A stretch of DNA of 64,000 nucleotides from Myxococcota bacterium (GTDB lineage Bacteria > Myxococcota_A > UBA9042 > PHBI01 > JAWLBL01), in assembly GCA_041687695.1 (NCBI GenBank), contig JAWLBL010000007.1, positions 192,001 to 256,000 on the forward strand, given 5' to 3'. The first letter of the stretch is position 1, and each line of letters begins with the position of its first letter. A program made the translations under genes and the position numbers. Shown in pieces: positions 31,220-43,370 of the stretch. A model generated the notes under the pieces. That model was given only the letters and a program-made list of their open reading frames with translations, was not told where the DNA came from and searched no databases.

Positions 31220-33193
31220 GTGAACGGAAGCGAGGCGGTTCGGGGCGGCTCGTCGCGGGGCGGCCGCGGGAGGCGCGGCGCGGTGGCCGGGCTGCTGATG
31301 GGCGCGGTGGCGCTGCTGGCGTCGTGGGCGCCGGAGGTGGCGCGGGCCAGCGAGGCGCCGGGCGCGACCGGCCACGGGCTGCAGGCGGCGGCGCCGGCGG
31401 CGCTGGCGACGGGGATGCGGCGCCTCGTGCCGAACCTGGTGACCATGGCGGCCCACGCCGAGGCGGACGGCGCCTGGCTCCAGGCGCTGGACGCCGCGCT
31501 GGGAGAGGCCGACGACGCGGTGCGGCAGGCCTACCGGGGGCGGACCGAGGCGCTGTTCGCCGGTGACGAGGGCCTGACGGCGGCCGGAGAGGTCGCGCTG
31601 GCGTGGCTGAAGCGGGCCGACGCCCACGTGGCGGACCGGGCGATCCCGTGGGCGCGCCGCGCCGTCGAGGGCGCCGAGCGGCCGGCGGAGGGCGAGCGAC
31701 GGCGAGGCGCGCCGGCCATCGAGGTGACGCGCGAGGCGTTGCTCGAGGCGTGGCGGGGTTCGGATGGTCAGGAGCGGCGCCTGCTCGAGGCGGCGCGGCG
31801 GCTGGGGCGGCAGGGGCCGATGCGGGCGGCGGTCGAGGCGCTTGCGGCGCACCTGACGGCGTCGAGCCGCGCGAGGGCCGAGCTCGAGGTGGCGCTGGCG
31901 AGCGGCCTGGCGGCGCTGGTGGCCGACGTTCGGCCGCGGCCGCGGACGACCGGCGTGCACGTGGACGCCGACGGCTACTACGCGTCGCCGGACACGCTGT
32001 GGCGCGACGACCCCAGCCCGGCGCTGACCGCCGACGAAGCGGGGGCGCTGTTGGCCGCGGCGGGGCAGGGCGCTGAGGCCCTGGAGGCGTGGCTGAGAGC
32101 GCGCACGTCGCCGCTGCCCGAGTACCAGGCCCTGGTCGAGGCGACCGAGCGGTACGCCAAGCTGTGCGCGGCCGGCGGGTGGGCGCCGCTGCTGGTGCCC
32201 CGGGTCAAGCGAGGGGCGGCGTGGACCGACGCCGAGGCCATCGAGGCCGTGCAGCGGCGGCTGGCGCTCGAGGGCTTCTGGGAGGGCGAGCCGACCGGCG
32301 TGTTCGACGAGGCGACCGTCGCCGCGCTGGGGCGCTATCGGGCGGCGCGCCACCTGCCGAAGAAGAAGACCTGGGACGAGGAGGTCGCGGCCGAGCTGAA
32401 CGTGCCCTGCGAGGACCGGCTGGCCGTGCTGCGGCTGAACGTGCGGCGCTGGCGCCACTCGGCGCGCACCGACGAGAAGACCTTCGTCATGGTGAACATC
32501 CCCGGGTTCCGGGCGCGCTTCGTGGCCGACGGCGAGACCCGGGTGTCCAAGCGGGTCGTCGTGGGCGCGGGGACCTCGTACTGGGACGCCGAGCGCAAGC
32601 GCCGCATCTTCCGCAACGCGACGCCCATCCTGCACGACTACATCAGCCAGGTCGTGGTCAACCCCAGCTGGACGCTGCCCAACCGGGTCATCCGCAACGA
32701 GATCAAGCCCAAGATGGCCAAGGATCCCGAGTACCTCGAGAAGAACCGGTACGTCATCAAGCAGGGGGCGAGCGGGCAGGAGATCTTCGTGCAGCTGCCC
32801 GGGCCGGGCAACGCCCTCGGGACGGTCAAGATGCTCTTCCCCAACAGCGAGAGCGTCTACATGCACGACACCAACCGGCCGGGCTTCTTCAACTACCCGC
32901 GCCGCGACTTCAGCCACGGGTGCGTGCGCGTGCACGAGGCCATGGAGTTCGCGCACACGCTGCTGGACCACGACGCCAAGGGCCGCGCCGAGGGCGTGCC
33001 CAGCCTCGGCCGCCTCAAGACCTTGGCCAGAAAGGACAGCGAGCGCACCTTCTGGTACCCCATCCAGGCGCCGATCCCGGTGTTCCTCGAGTACTACACG
33101 GCCTCGGTCGGCCGCGACGGCGTCGTGCTGTTCCACCCGGACGTGTACGACTACGACAAGGCGACGCTGGGGAGCGGGGGCGGCGCGCGCTGA
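31220..33193 (+). CDS. L,D-transpeptidase (YcbB/LdtD-like) with peptidoglycan-binding domain
   Basis: VNIPGF, VVVG..TP, VNPSW, QLPGPGNALG.VK, YMHDT, SHGCVRV. Confidence 0.92.
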   Translation: MNGSEAVRGGSSRGGRGRRGAVAGLLMGAVALLASWAPEVARASEAPGATGHGLQAAAPAALATGMRRLVPNLVTMAAHAEADGAWLQALDAALGEADDAVRQAYRGRTEALFAGDEGLTAAGEVALAWLKRADAHVADRAIPWARRAVEGAERPAEGERRRGAPAIEVTREALLEAWRGSDGQERRLLEAARRLGRQGPMRAAVEALAAHLTASSRARAELEVALASGLAALVADVRPRPRTTGVHVDADGYYASPDTLWRDDPSPALTADEAGALLAAAGQGAEALEAWLRARTSPLPEYQALVEATERYAKLCAAGGWAPLLVPRVKRGAAWTDAEAIEAVQRRLALEGFWEGEPTGVFDEATVAALGRYRAARHLPKKKTWDEEVAAELNVPCEDRLAVLRLNVRRWRHSARTDEKTFVMVNIPGFRARFVADGETRVSKRVVVGAGTSYWDAERKRRIFRNATPILHDYISQVVVNPSWTLPNRVIRNEIKPKMAKDPEYLEKNRYVIKQGASGQEIFVQLPGPGNALGTVKMLFPNSESVYMHDTNRPGFFNYPRRDFSHGCVRVHEAMEFAHTLLDHDAKGRAEGVPSLGRLKTLARKDSERTFWYPIQAPIPVFLEYYTASVGRDGVVLFHPDVYDYDKATLGSGGGAR

Positions 33194-33213
33194 GGCCGGC
33201 CGCCGGGCCACGG

Positions 33214-34854
33214 TCAGAAGCGCAGCGTCGACTCGAGCTTGACGCCCTCGAAGTCGGGGAAGATGCGGCAGACGCCGCCCGAGCACTTGAGCCCGCCCTT
33301 CGAGCGGCCGGCGAACAGGCGCACGAAGCTGTCGGACGTGAAGCGGTAGGCCACGAAGCCGCCTGGGAACCAGGTGGCCTCGGCGGCGCGCTCGGTCAGG
33401 TACTCGAACTGCGCCGTGAACGACCAGCGCGGCGCGATGTTCCAGCTGACGTAGCTGGTGCCCTCGAGGTAGCTGTCCTCGAGGTCGCCGAGGCCGGGGT
33501 TCCTGGTGCGGAACTCGTGGTTCCAGTGCAGCTGGAGGTCGTGGCCGCCGCCGACGAGCAGGTAGACGTCGAGATCGAAGTGCGTCATGCGCAAGCCGGT
33601 CGTGGGCGCGCGCTCGTAGCGGTAGCCGGCCTGCGCGAGCCAGCGGTGGCCCGCCTCGGCGCGGTGCTCCCAGCCGCCGTAGGCGTGGCTGGTGACGCTG
33701 TCCTCGGCGACGTCGGCCTCGCGCGCGAAGGCGTCGGTGAAGACCGCGCCCGACACGAAGGCGGTGTCGCGGCCGTCCGGCAGGCGGTAGTCGGCGCGCA
33801 GGTGGGCGCCGCTGACGTCGCTGTTGTTCTGGACGCGCTGGTCGATGCGCTCGAGGGTCGGCGGGGCGATGTAGGGGAAGGTGCGCGTGACGCCCTGGGC
33901 GTCCCAGGTCTCGGGGTGCAGCGACGAGTCGAGCCGGTAGTCGTCGTAGTGCTTGGCCTCGGCGAGGAAGGTCCATGCGCCCGTGAAGAAGGTGGCCGAC
34001 GCGTAGACGGCCAGGCCGTCGCTGTGGTCGCGGCGCTCGCCTCGGGCAGTGTCGCGGGCGGTGGTCGTGCGCAGGACGTCGGCCTCGGCGTAGAGCTGGC
34101 CGACGCCGGCGAGATCGGGCACCTCGAGCGAGACGCCGCCGACGAGGCTGCGCAGCGCCCGCTCGCCGCCCAGCGGAGGGCTGGGGTCGGTCCCGGGCAG
34201 CGCCTCGGTCAGGGGCGAGTGGCGCCGCTCGACGTCGACCACGTGGGCCCCGACGACCAGGTTGGGGACGACGCGGCTCTCGACCCGGCCGGCGAAGACG
34301 AGGTCATCCGGGTCGGGGACGCGCTTTTCCTCGATGGCGTCGACGTTGACGACGTTGGTCAGGCCGGCCGACAGGCGCGCGCGCAGCTGGGGCGAGCGGT
34401 ACTGGACGTGGGCGCCGCGCAGGGTGATGTCGAAGCCGACCTCGTCGAGCTTGCGCAAGGTCAGGGCCAGGCCGCGGCCGAAGGACAGGTAGTCGTCGCC
34501 CGCGGTGAAGGTCCAGCGGCCGGCGCGCCAGGAGGCGAAGAGGGACTCGACGCGCAGATCGCTGCCGTATTGATCGGAGGGGGCGTCGGGGAACCATGCG
34601 GCGTCCAGGCGCAGGCCCAGGGTCAGCTGGCGCCAGCCGAGGCGCAGGTTCAGGCGCTCGCGCAGATCGAACACGCCCTCGGGGTCGGGGTCCAGCAGGG
34701 CGTCGTCGAGGACGGTGTGGTAGTCGAGGAAGAGGCTCTGCGTGACGTCGAGGACCACCGGGGCGGGGCCGGCGGACAGCTCGAGCGCGCGAGCCGGGGC
34801 CAGGGTCGAGGCCGCGATGGCGACGAGCGCCGCGGCGAGGGCGGTGCGCTTCAC
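33214..34854 (-). CDS. Outer-membrane beta-barrel-like protein (DUF6029-like)
   Basis: Signal peptide, GDDYLSFGRGLAL, amphipathic strands, C-terminal GGLKCSGGVCR..FEG and terminal F. Confidence 0.7.
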   Translation of the reverse strand: MKRTALAAALVAIAASTLAPARALELSAGPAPVVLDVTQSLFLDYHTVLDDALLDPDPEGVFDLRERLNLRLGWRQLTLGLRLDAAWFPDAPSDQYGSDLRVESLFASWRAGRWTFTAGDDYLSFGRGLALTLRKLDEVGFDITLRGAHVQYRSPQLRARLSAGLTNVVNVDAIEEKRVPDPDDLVFAGRVESRVVPNLVVGAHVVDVERRHSPLTEALPGTDPSPPLGGERALRSLVGGVSLEVPDLAGVGQLYAEADVLRTTTARDTARGERRDHSDGLAVYASATFFTGAWTFLAEAKHYDDYRLDSSLHPETWDAQGVTRTFPYIAPPTLERIDQRVQNNSDVSGAHLRADYRLPDGRDTAFVSGAVFTDAFAREADVAEDSVTSHAYGGWEHRAEAGHRWLAQAGYRYERAPTTGLRMTHFDLDVYLLVGGGHDLQLHWNHEFRTRNPGLGDLEDSYLEGTSYVSWNIAPRWSFTAQFEYLTERAAEATWFPGGFVAYRFTSDSFVRLFAGRSKGGLKCSGGVCRIFPDFEGVKLESTLRF

Positions 34855-35360
34855 GGACCGAGCAGCCCCACGATCTTTTGCTCGAGGGCGTCGGCCTCGG
34901 AGAGCTGGAAACCCTCGATCTTCTCGACGATGCGGCCCTCGCGGTCGATGAGGACCGTGTAGGGCGCGGTGGCGCGCGGGTTCCAGCGCTGGGCGATGGC
35001 GGTGTCCTCGTCGACGAGCACGCGGAACGAGTAGCCGTTCGAGCGGATGTAGGGGACGACGCCCGACTGGGTGTCGGGGCCGTCGAGGCTGACCGAGACG
35101 ATGGTCAGGCCGCGCACCTGGTAGCGCTCGTGCAGGCGCTGGAGAAAGGGCATCTCGGACTTGCAGGGCTCGCAGTAGGTGGCCCAGAAGCTGAGCAGGA
35201 CGACGTCGCTGCCGGCGTGGTCGGCGAGCGTGAAGGGCCGGCCCTGGATGTCGACGCCCTCGAGGGTCGGCAGGCCGGCCCCGGAGGTCGCCGAGGTGCC
35301 GGCGCAGGCCGGGGCCACGAGGGCCAGCAGGAGCAGGAGCGCGAGGCGGGGGACGGGCAC
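34851..35360 (-). CDS. TlpA-family thiol-disulfide oxidoreductase lipoprotein
   Basis: FWATYCEPCKSEMP motif, lipoprotein-like leader; GTG 35360 chosen as start. Confidence 0.9.
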   Translation of the reverse strand: MPVPRLALLLLLALVAPACAGTSATSGAGLPTLEGVDIQGRPFTLADHAGSDVVLLSFWATYCEPCKSEMPFLQRLHERYQVRGLTIVSVSLDGPDTQSGVVPYIRSNGYSFRVLVDEDTAIAQRWNPRATAPYTVLIDREGRIVEKIEGFQLSEADALEQKIVGLLGP

Positions 35361-35610
35361 GGGGGGCCTCTCGGGGGTGAGGGGTGGCGAGACGGGCGCG
35401 AAGCCTACCGCGCGCGACGGGTCAGGGAAACCGCGACGCGCGCGGGGCGGACGGCGAGGCGCGCGAGCAGGCGGGGCGAGCGCGCAGGAGCGCGAATTGA
35501 CAGGGATTGCCGGGCGCGGCGATGATGCCGCCCTGGGCGGGGCGGCCCGCGCGGCGGTGGCGCCGGGCACAGGGGGTCGCGCCGGGGCCGGTTGGCGCGC
35601 GAGGGATTCG

Positions 35611-38421
35611 ATGCAGGCGACGCGAGTGGGGCTCTCGGGGCTGGCGGTGCTGGTGGCGGTGGCGCCGGCGACGCAGGCCTTCGGCCAGGAGGCCGGTCAG
35701 GTCGCGGAAGGCGACGTGCAAAAGCGCCTCGGGGCGATGGCGATGGCGCTGCGCGAGGCGGTGAGCCCGGACGAGCGGCAGATCGAGAACGCCGCGCGCG
35801 AGATGGCCGCGGTGGGCGAGGCGGGCGACGACGCGCTGCTGGATCTCATGACCGACCCGGTGCCCGCCGTGCGGCGCGCGGCCGTGCAGGCGCTGGGGGC
35901 GCGGGCGCCCAAGAGCGCGATGCCGGCGTTCATCCAGGCGCTCGGCGACGAGGAGGCGGGCGTCGTGGTCGACGCCGTGAAGGTGGTCGCGACGTACCAG
36001 GGCGAGTGGCCGACGCGGGCGCTGGTGCGCTGGCTGGCCCATGACGACAAGGCCGTGCGCGGGGCGATCGTGGCCGCGCTCGAGCAGCGGCCGGTCGAGG
36101 ACGTCCGGGAGATCGTCCGCAAGCAGCTGGCGAGCCCGCCGGTCGACTCGGGCCCCGGGCCGTTCCTGACGGCGCTCGGGCGCTTCCCGGACCGGTACGC
36201 GGCGCGCGACCTGGTCGGCGCGCTGTCCGATCCCGAGCTGGCGTCGTACGCGATGCGCGGGCTGACGTTCTTCGGGGACAAGGCGGCGCCCGAGCTGCTG
36301 CGCTGGATCGAGCGCGAGGGCCCCAAGCAGGAGGCCACCGCCGTGGCGGCGGTCGGCGTGCTGGCGGGCTTTGGCGACAAGGCGCGGGCCGGGCTGGGCA
36401 AGCTGGTCGAGAAGGGGCCGCTGGCGATCAAGCGGGCGGCGCTGCAGGGGCTGCTGTCGCAGCTGGGCGCCGAGGGCGCGGCCAAGGTAGACGCCCTGGC
36501 CAAGCATCGGTCGGCCGACGTGCGGGTGGCCGTGCTGGAGGTGCTGCCGACGCTCGAGGGCGCCAACACGCGGGCGGCGATCGAGGCGAACCTGCGGCAC
36601 GCGCACGGCCCGCTGCGCCTGCTGGCCATCGCGGCGGCCGGCGGGGGCCCGGCCTCGGGGCTGCAGTCGCTGCTGGTCCAGCGCTATCGCGAGCTGTCGG
36701 CGCGGCGGACGGCGGACACGGCCGAGGAGCGGCGGGCGCTGCTGCGGGCGCTCGGGCGCGTCGGCGACGCGGGCGCGGTCAGCGAGCTCATCCAGGCGAT
36801 GGGGCGCGACGACGAGTCGGCGGCGGCCATCGAGGCGCTGGGCCTGCTGGGGGACCAGGCGACGGGCCCGCTGCTGTTCGTCATCAAGTCGGGCGACCCG
36901 GTCCGGACGCCGCTGGCGGTCGACGCGCTGTCGCGCGCCGGCGACTCGGCCCTCGAGCCGATGCTGCAGCTGCTGGTCCATCCCAGCCGCGACGTCCGCA
37001 ACATCGCGCGGCAGGCGCTGGCCCAGGCGGCCGACCCGGTCATCGTCCCGGGCGTCGTCAAGCTCGTGCAGGAGCCCGAGACCCCCGGGCGCGCCGCGCT
37101 CATCGCGCTGCTGGGCCACGTCCCGTCCGACGAGAGCGCCAAGGCGCTGCAGACCTTCGCGACCGGCCCCTACGACCACGAGATGCGCCTCGCGGCCGTC
37201 AAGGCGCTGATGCGGCAGGATCAGGCCGAGGTCGTGCCGCTCTTGCGCAAGCTCGCCGAGACCGACGACAGCAACGACGTGCGCCACCTGGCGGTCTGGG
37301 CGCTCATCGGGCGCGGCGACGTCGACTCGGTGCCGCTCCTCATCAAGATGCTCAGCTACGAGAAGGACTTCATCCGCAAGACGGCGGCGCTCGGCCTCGG
37401 CTACCTCGCGGGCGTCCGGGACATCGCCGCCATCTCCAAGAAGATGAGCGACCCGCGCTCCGAGATCGTCTCGGCCGTGCGCGACACCCTGCGCCGCCTG
37501 TCCTTCCACCCCGAGTTCAAGAACCCCGAGGAGTTCACCGGCTGGGCGCAGTGGTTCGCCAAGCGCCCCGCCGCGAAGCTGGCGCTCAAGGCCGGCGAGA
37601 TGACCCTCGCCGACGGGACGGTCGTGGCCTACTGGATGGGCGGGCAGGGCAAGCCGCTGCTGGTCCTGCACGGCGGCCCCGATCTCGACCACGGCTACCT
37701 CGAGTCCGGTCTGGCGGCGCTGGGCGCGTCGCACCTGCTGGTCTTCGTCGACCTGCCGGGGCGTGGGGCCTCCAAGCTGCCTCCCCAGGGCGTGCCGTCG
37801 CTCGAGCACGACGTGGCCTCGGTCGCCACCACGCTTGCGCGCCTGAACCTGTTCAGGGTCAACGTCCTGGGGCACGGCTGGGGCGGGCTGGTCGCCGCGC
37901 GCCTCGCCACCAAGCAGCCCAAGCTGGTCTCCAAGCTGGTCCTCGACGGCACCCCGCACCCGACCCTGTCGGGCTGGGCCGCGGAGCTCGACGCCATGGC
38001 AGCCGCCGCGCCGTACCCGTTCAAGGACGACATGCAGACCTTCGTCTCCGAGGCGGGCAACTTCCTGCCCGAGGTCCGCGACCGCTTCATCGCGCGCCTG
38101 CTGATGACCGGCGCCGTCAACAAGGCCCACGTGCTCGCCCAGATCTCGGGTCACCTGCAGACCCGGCCGCACCTGCGCACGGCCTACCTGAACGCCCTCG
38201 GCGACTTCGACCTCACCGGCACGTTGGCCAAGCTCGACAAGCCGACCCTGCTGCTCTACGGCGACGCCCTGCCCATGACCGAGGCCGGCGCCGCCTGGCG
38301 CAAGGAGCTGGTCAAGGGCAACCCCAACGTCGTCGCCAAGGTCATCGCCGACGCCGGCTACCTGCCGGCCTACGAGCAGCCCAAGGCCTACAAGGACGCC
38401 CTCGACGCCTTCCTGAAGTAG
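35611..38421 (+). CDS. Secreted HEAT-repeat protein fused to an alpha/beta-hydrolase fold lacking the catalytic Ser
   Basis: Signal peptide; many PBS/HEAT repeats (VRRAAVQALG); LHGGP, DLPGRG.S, GHGWGG. Confidence 0.85.
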   Translation: MQATRVGLSGLAVLVAVAPATQAFGQEAGQVAEGDVQKRLGAMAMALREAVSPDERQIENAAREMAAVGEAGDDALLDLMTDPVPAVRRAAVQALGARAPKSAMPAFIQALGDEEAGVVVDAVKVVATYQGEWPTRALVRWLAHDDKAVRGAIVAALEQRPVEDVREIVRKQLASPPVDSGPGPFLTALGRFPDRYAARDLVGALSDPELASYAMRGLTFFGDKAAPELLRWIEREGPKQEATAVAAVGVLAGFGDKARAGLGKLVEKGPLAIKRAALQGLLSQLGAEGAAKVDALAKHRSADVRVAVLEVLPTLEGANTRAAIEANLRHAHGPLRLLAIAAAGGGPASGLQSLLVQRYRELSARRTADTAEERRALLRALGRVGDAGAVSELIQAMGRDDESAAAIEALGLLGDQATGPLLFVIKSGDPVRTPLAVDALSRAGDSALEPMLQLLVHPSRDVRNIARQALAQAADPVIVPGVVKLVQEPETPGRAALIALLGHVPSDESAKALQTFATGPYDHEMRLAAVKALMRQDQAEVVPLLRKLAETDDSNDVRHLAVWALIGRGDVDSVPLLIKMLSYEKDFIRKTAALGLGYLAGVRDIAAISKKMSDPRSEIVSAVRDTLRRLSFHPEFKNPEEFTGWAQWFAKRPAAKLALKAGEMTLADGTVVAYWMGGQGKPLLVLHGGPDLDHGYLESGLAALGASHLLVFVDLPGRGASKLPPQGVPSLEHDVASVATTLARLNLFRVNVLGHGWGGLVAARLATKQPKLVSKLVLDGTPHPTLSGWAAELDAMAAAAPYPFKDDMQTFVSEAGNFLPEVRDRFIARLLMTGAVNKAHVLAQISGHLQTRPHLRTAYLNALGDFDLTGTLAKLDKPTLLLYGDALPMTEAGAAWRKELVKGNPNVVAKVIADAGYLPAYEQPKAYKDALDAFLK

Positions 38422-38448
38422 GCGGCAATGCCTCTCGGTGCGTGCGAC

Positions 38449-38477
38449 TTGACGCGGCGCGCACCGGAGCCTACGAC
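38449..38477 (+). promoter_or_regulatory. Putative sigma70 promoter of the two-gene module
   Basis: TTGACG-N17-TACGAC; GGAGGA SD before ATG 38508. Confidence 0.5.
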
Positions 38478-38507
38478 GAACCTGATGGCCTCTTGGAGGA
38501 GGGCGCG

Positions 38508-38828
38508 ATGAACAAAGATGAAGCCGTCAAGGACCTCATCGAGTACCACTTCGACTCGGAGTCAGAGCTGCGTACCGTCTTCCGCTTCATCTCCGAAAGG
38601 GAGGATGACCCGGACGAGCCCGTGAAGCTGCTCGAGGTTTCGGGAGCTACGCCCGCTACCGGTTCTGTGGACGTCTTCGGATTCCGGAGCACCGAGACCT
38701 TTCCGTTTCGGCTGATGATCGCCGAGGTCACGCCCGAAGAGATGGACGCCATCAGAGCCGATCCCTCCCGGCTTCCTGCTGGATGGCGCCTGGACAGCGC
38801 CGTCGAAATCTCGCGTAACCGTCTATGA
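38508..38828 (+). CDS. Small acidic protein, putative degenerate nucleotidyltransferase-like antitoxin
   Basis: SD plus ATG; PVKLLEV...MIAEVTPEEM resembles MNT strands; coupled (ATGA) to the next gene. Confidence 0.6.
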   Translation: MNKDEAVKDLIEYHFDSESELRTVFRFISEREDDPDEPVKLLEVSGATPATGSVDVFGFRSTETFPFRLMIAEVTPEEMDAIRADPSRLPAGWRLDSAVEISRNRL

Positions 38829-39334
38829 CCGAGGCGCCAACGGAGGCGTGGGCGCGCGCCTATGCCGCCCAGGCCCGATCGGATTGGCAGGTCTACAAGG
38901 CGCTGCAGTTCGAAGCGCGTCAGTCAGCGTGCCATGAACTCCACTTCCTTCAGATGGCCTGTGAGAAGATCGCCAAGGCCTATCGCCTCCGTGATGACTC
39001 GGTCCCGCTCGAGAAGATCCGAACGGAGCACGTTGGGTGCGACAAGTTCTTGAAGAACTATCTCAAGTCATCCGAGGCGCGTGAGTTCTACCGGGGACGG
39101 CCGAAGCAGCTGGAGGCTGCAACGCCCAAACTGGTCCAGCTGATGAAGCAGATCCAGGCACTCTGTCCGGCGATCGATTCCGTCGCTTGTCCCACGAACG
39201 TCGAGTATCCGTGGGAAGACGGCAGCGGCCGCGTGATAGCGCCTTGCGAGCATCGCTTCCTCGCACCGGACCTGACGACGGCTCAGGCTCGAACGCTGCT
39301 GAAGATCATCGAGAGGGCGCTGGAACGGTTCTAG
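38825..39334 (+). CDS. HEPN-like domain protein, putative toxin
   Basis: AQARSD..LQMACEKIAKAY..H..EYP pattern matches the HEPN helices (QQAVEKALKA...H...RYP); atypical codon usage. Confidence 0.65.
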   Translation: MTEAPTEAWARAYAAQARSDWQVYKALQFEARQSACHELHFLQMACEKIAKAYRLRDDSVPLEKIRTEHVGCDKFLKNYLKSSEAREFYRGRPKQLEAATPKLVQLMKQIQALCPAIDSVACPTNVEYPWEDGSGRVIAPCEHRFLAPDLTTAQARTLLKIIERALERF

Positions 39335-39366
39335 CCGGCGGCGCCGAGCCCGAGCCCCGCGGGCGC

Positions 39367-42165
<2,799 letters not shown>

Positions 42166-42293
42166 GAGCTTCTCCAGGCGACCCGGGGGCTTCGGGGCGC
42201 CACAACTTAGAGACCGGCCCCCCCGGCGTCAACGAATCGGGGACGCCGCTGGTCCTATTGCGAGGCGGGGCGGGCCTGGGTCATGCTGGCCCG

Positions 42294-43349
42294 ATGCTCT
42301 CCCTCGAAGCGCCGCTCGTCATGAGTCCCATCGTGCGGGCGTGGCAGTGCCAGCAGCGCGGTCAGTGCTGCAAAGGCCACCACGTCCCGGTGGACCTCGT
42401 CACCTTCCGCCGCATGCGCCGCGCCCTCGACGCCGAAGGCGACCCGCGCGCGCCGCTGATGGACGAGGAGCGCGCCGAGCACCTGGACGGCTGGCTCGGC
42501 CTGCCGCGCGTCGCCGAAGAGGCCTGCGTCTTCCTCGAGGGCAAGCTCTGCGGCTGGCGCCTGCGCCACGGCACGGCCTCGCTGCCCAAGATCTGCGGCT
42601 CCTATCCTCACATGGGGCTGCTCACGCCCCGCCGCCTCCTCTTCGGGCTCATGTTCTCCTGCCCGACCGCCCTCGGTCTGCTCGCCCGCGAGGATGGCCA
42701 CCCCCTCGTCCACGAGCCCGGCGGCGCGCTCCCCACCCACGAGATCGCCGTCGCCCTCGCCCGCGACGACTGCCGCCTGCTCGACGGCACCCGGACCGAC
42801 GCCGACGCCTTCTTCGAGGCGCTCTGGGACTGGGGCCAGCGCTTCCGCGCCAGCTCCGGCCGCCCCGCCGAGCGCCTGCTCGCCCTGACCGGCGTCGACC
42901 CCTCCGAGCTGCCGCTCCCCGGCCTCGACCCCGCCGCCCTGCGCGCCTACCAGCCGCCGCCCGAGTGGGTGTCCCTCGCCCTCGAGGAGGGCGCCTTCGA
43001 ACTGCTGCTCGGCCTGTGGTCCACCGAGCCCGCCCGGGACTACGCCGCCGACCCGCCGCCGCCCGACCTCGACGAGCCGGCCTTCGTCGGCCGCTACCTG
43101 GCCCACCGCCTGCTCTTGCCGGTCGGCCTCGGCACCACCTGGTCGCTCTCGCGCCTACTGACCATGCTCTTCGCGATGCTGGTCCGCTACCGCCTCGAGC
43201 GCGCCCGCGGCTTCGAGCCCCTGCGCGCCGTGCAGCGCCTGGACATCCTGGCCGTGCACATGGGCCTGTTCGCCGGCCTCTGCCCGCGCCCCGACGACGA
43301 CCGCTGGCAGCTCCTCGCCGCCATGGCCCTGGCCCTCGAGCCCGCCTGA
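42294..43349 (+). CDS. YkgJ/FliB-like cysteine-cluster protein
   Basis: WQCQQRGQCC, CVFL..KLC, LPKICGSYP, SCP motifs. Confidence 0.72.
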   Translation: MLSLEAPLVMSPIVRAWQCQQRGQCCKGHHVPVDLVTFRRMRRALDAEGDPRAPLMDEERAEHLDGWLGLPRVAEEACVFLEGKLCGWRLRHGTASLPKICGSYPHMGLLTPRRLLFGLMFSCPTALGLLAREDGHPLVHEPGGALPTHEIAVALARDDCRLLDGTRTDADAFFEALWDWGQRFRASSGRPAERLLALTGVDPSELPLPGLDPAALRAYQPPPEWVSLALEEGAFELLLGLWSTEPARDYAADPPPPDLDEPAFVGRYLAHRLLLPVGLGTTWSLSRLLTMLFAMLVRYRLERARGFEPLRAVQRLDILAVHMGLFAGLCPRPDDDRWQLLAAMALALEPA

Positions 43350-43370
43350 CCCGCCCCTCGGGGCCCGCCC

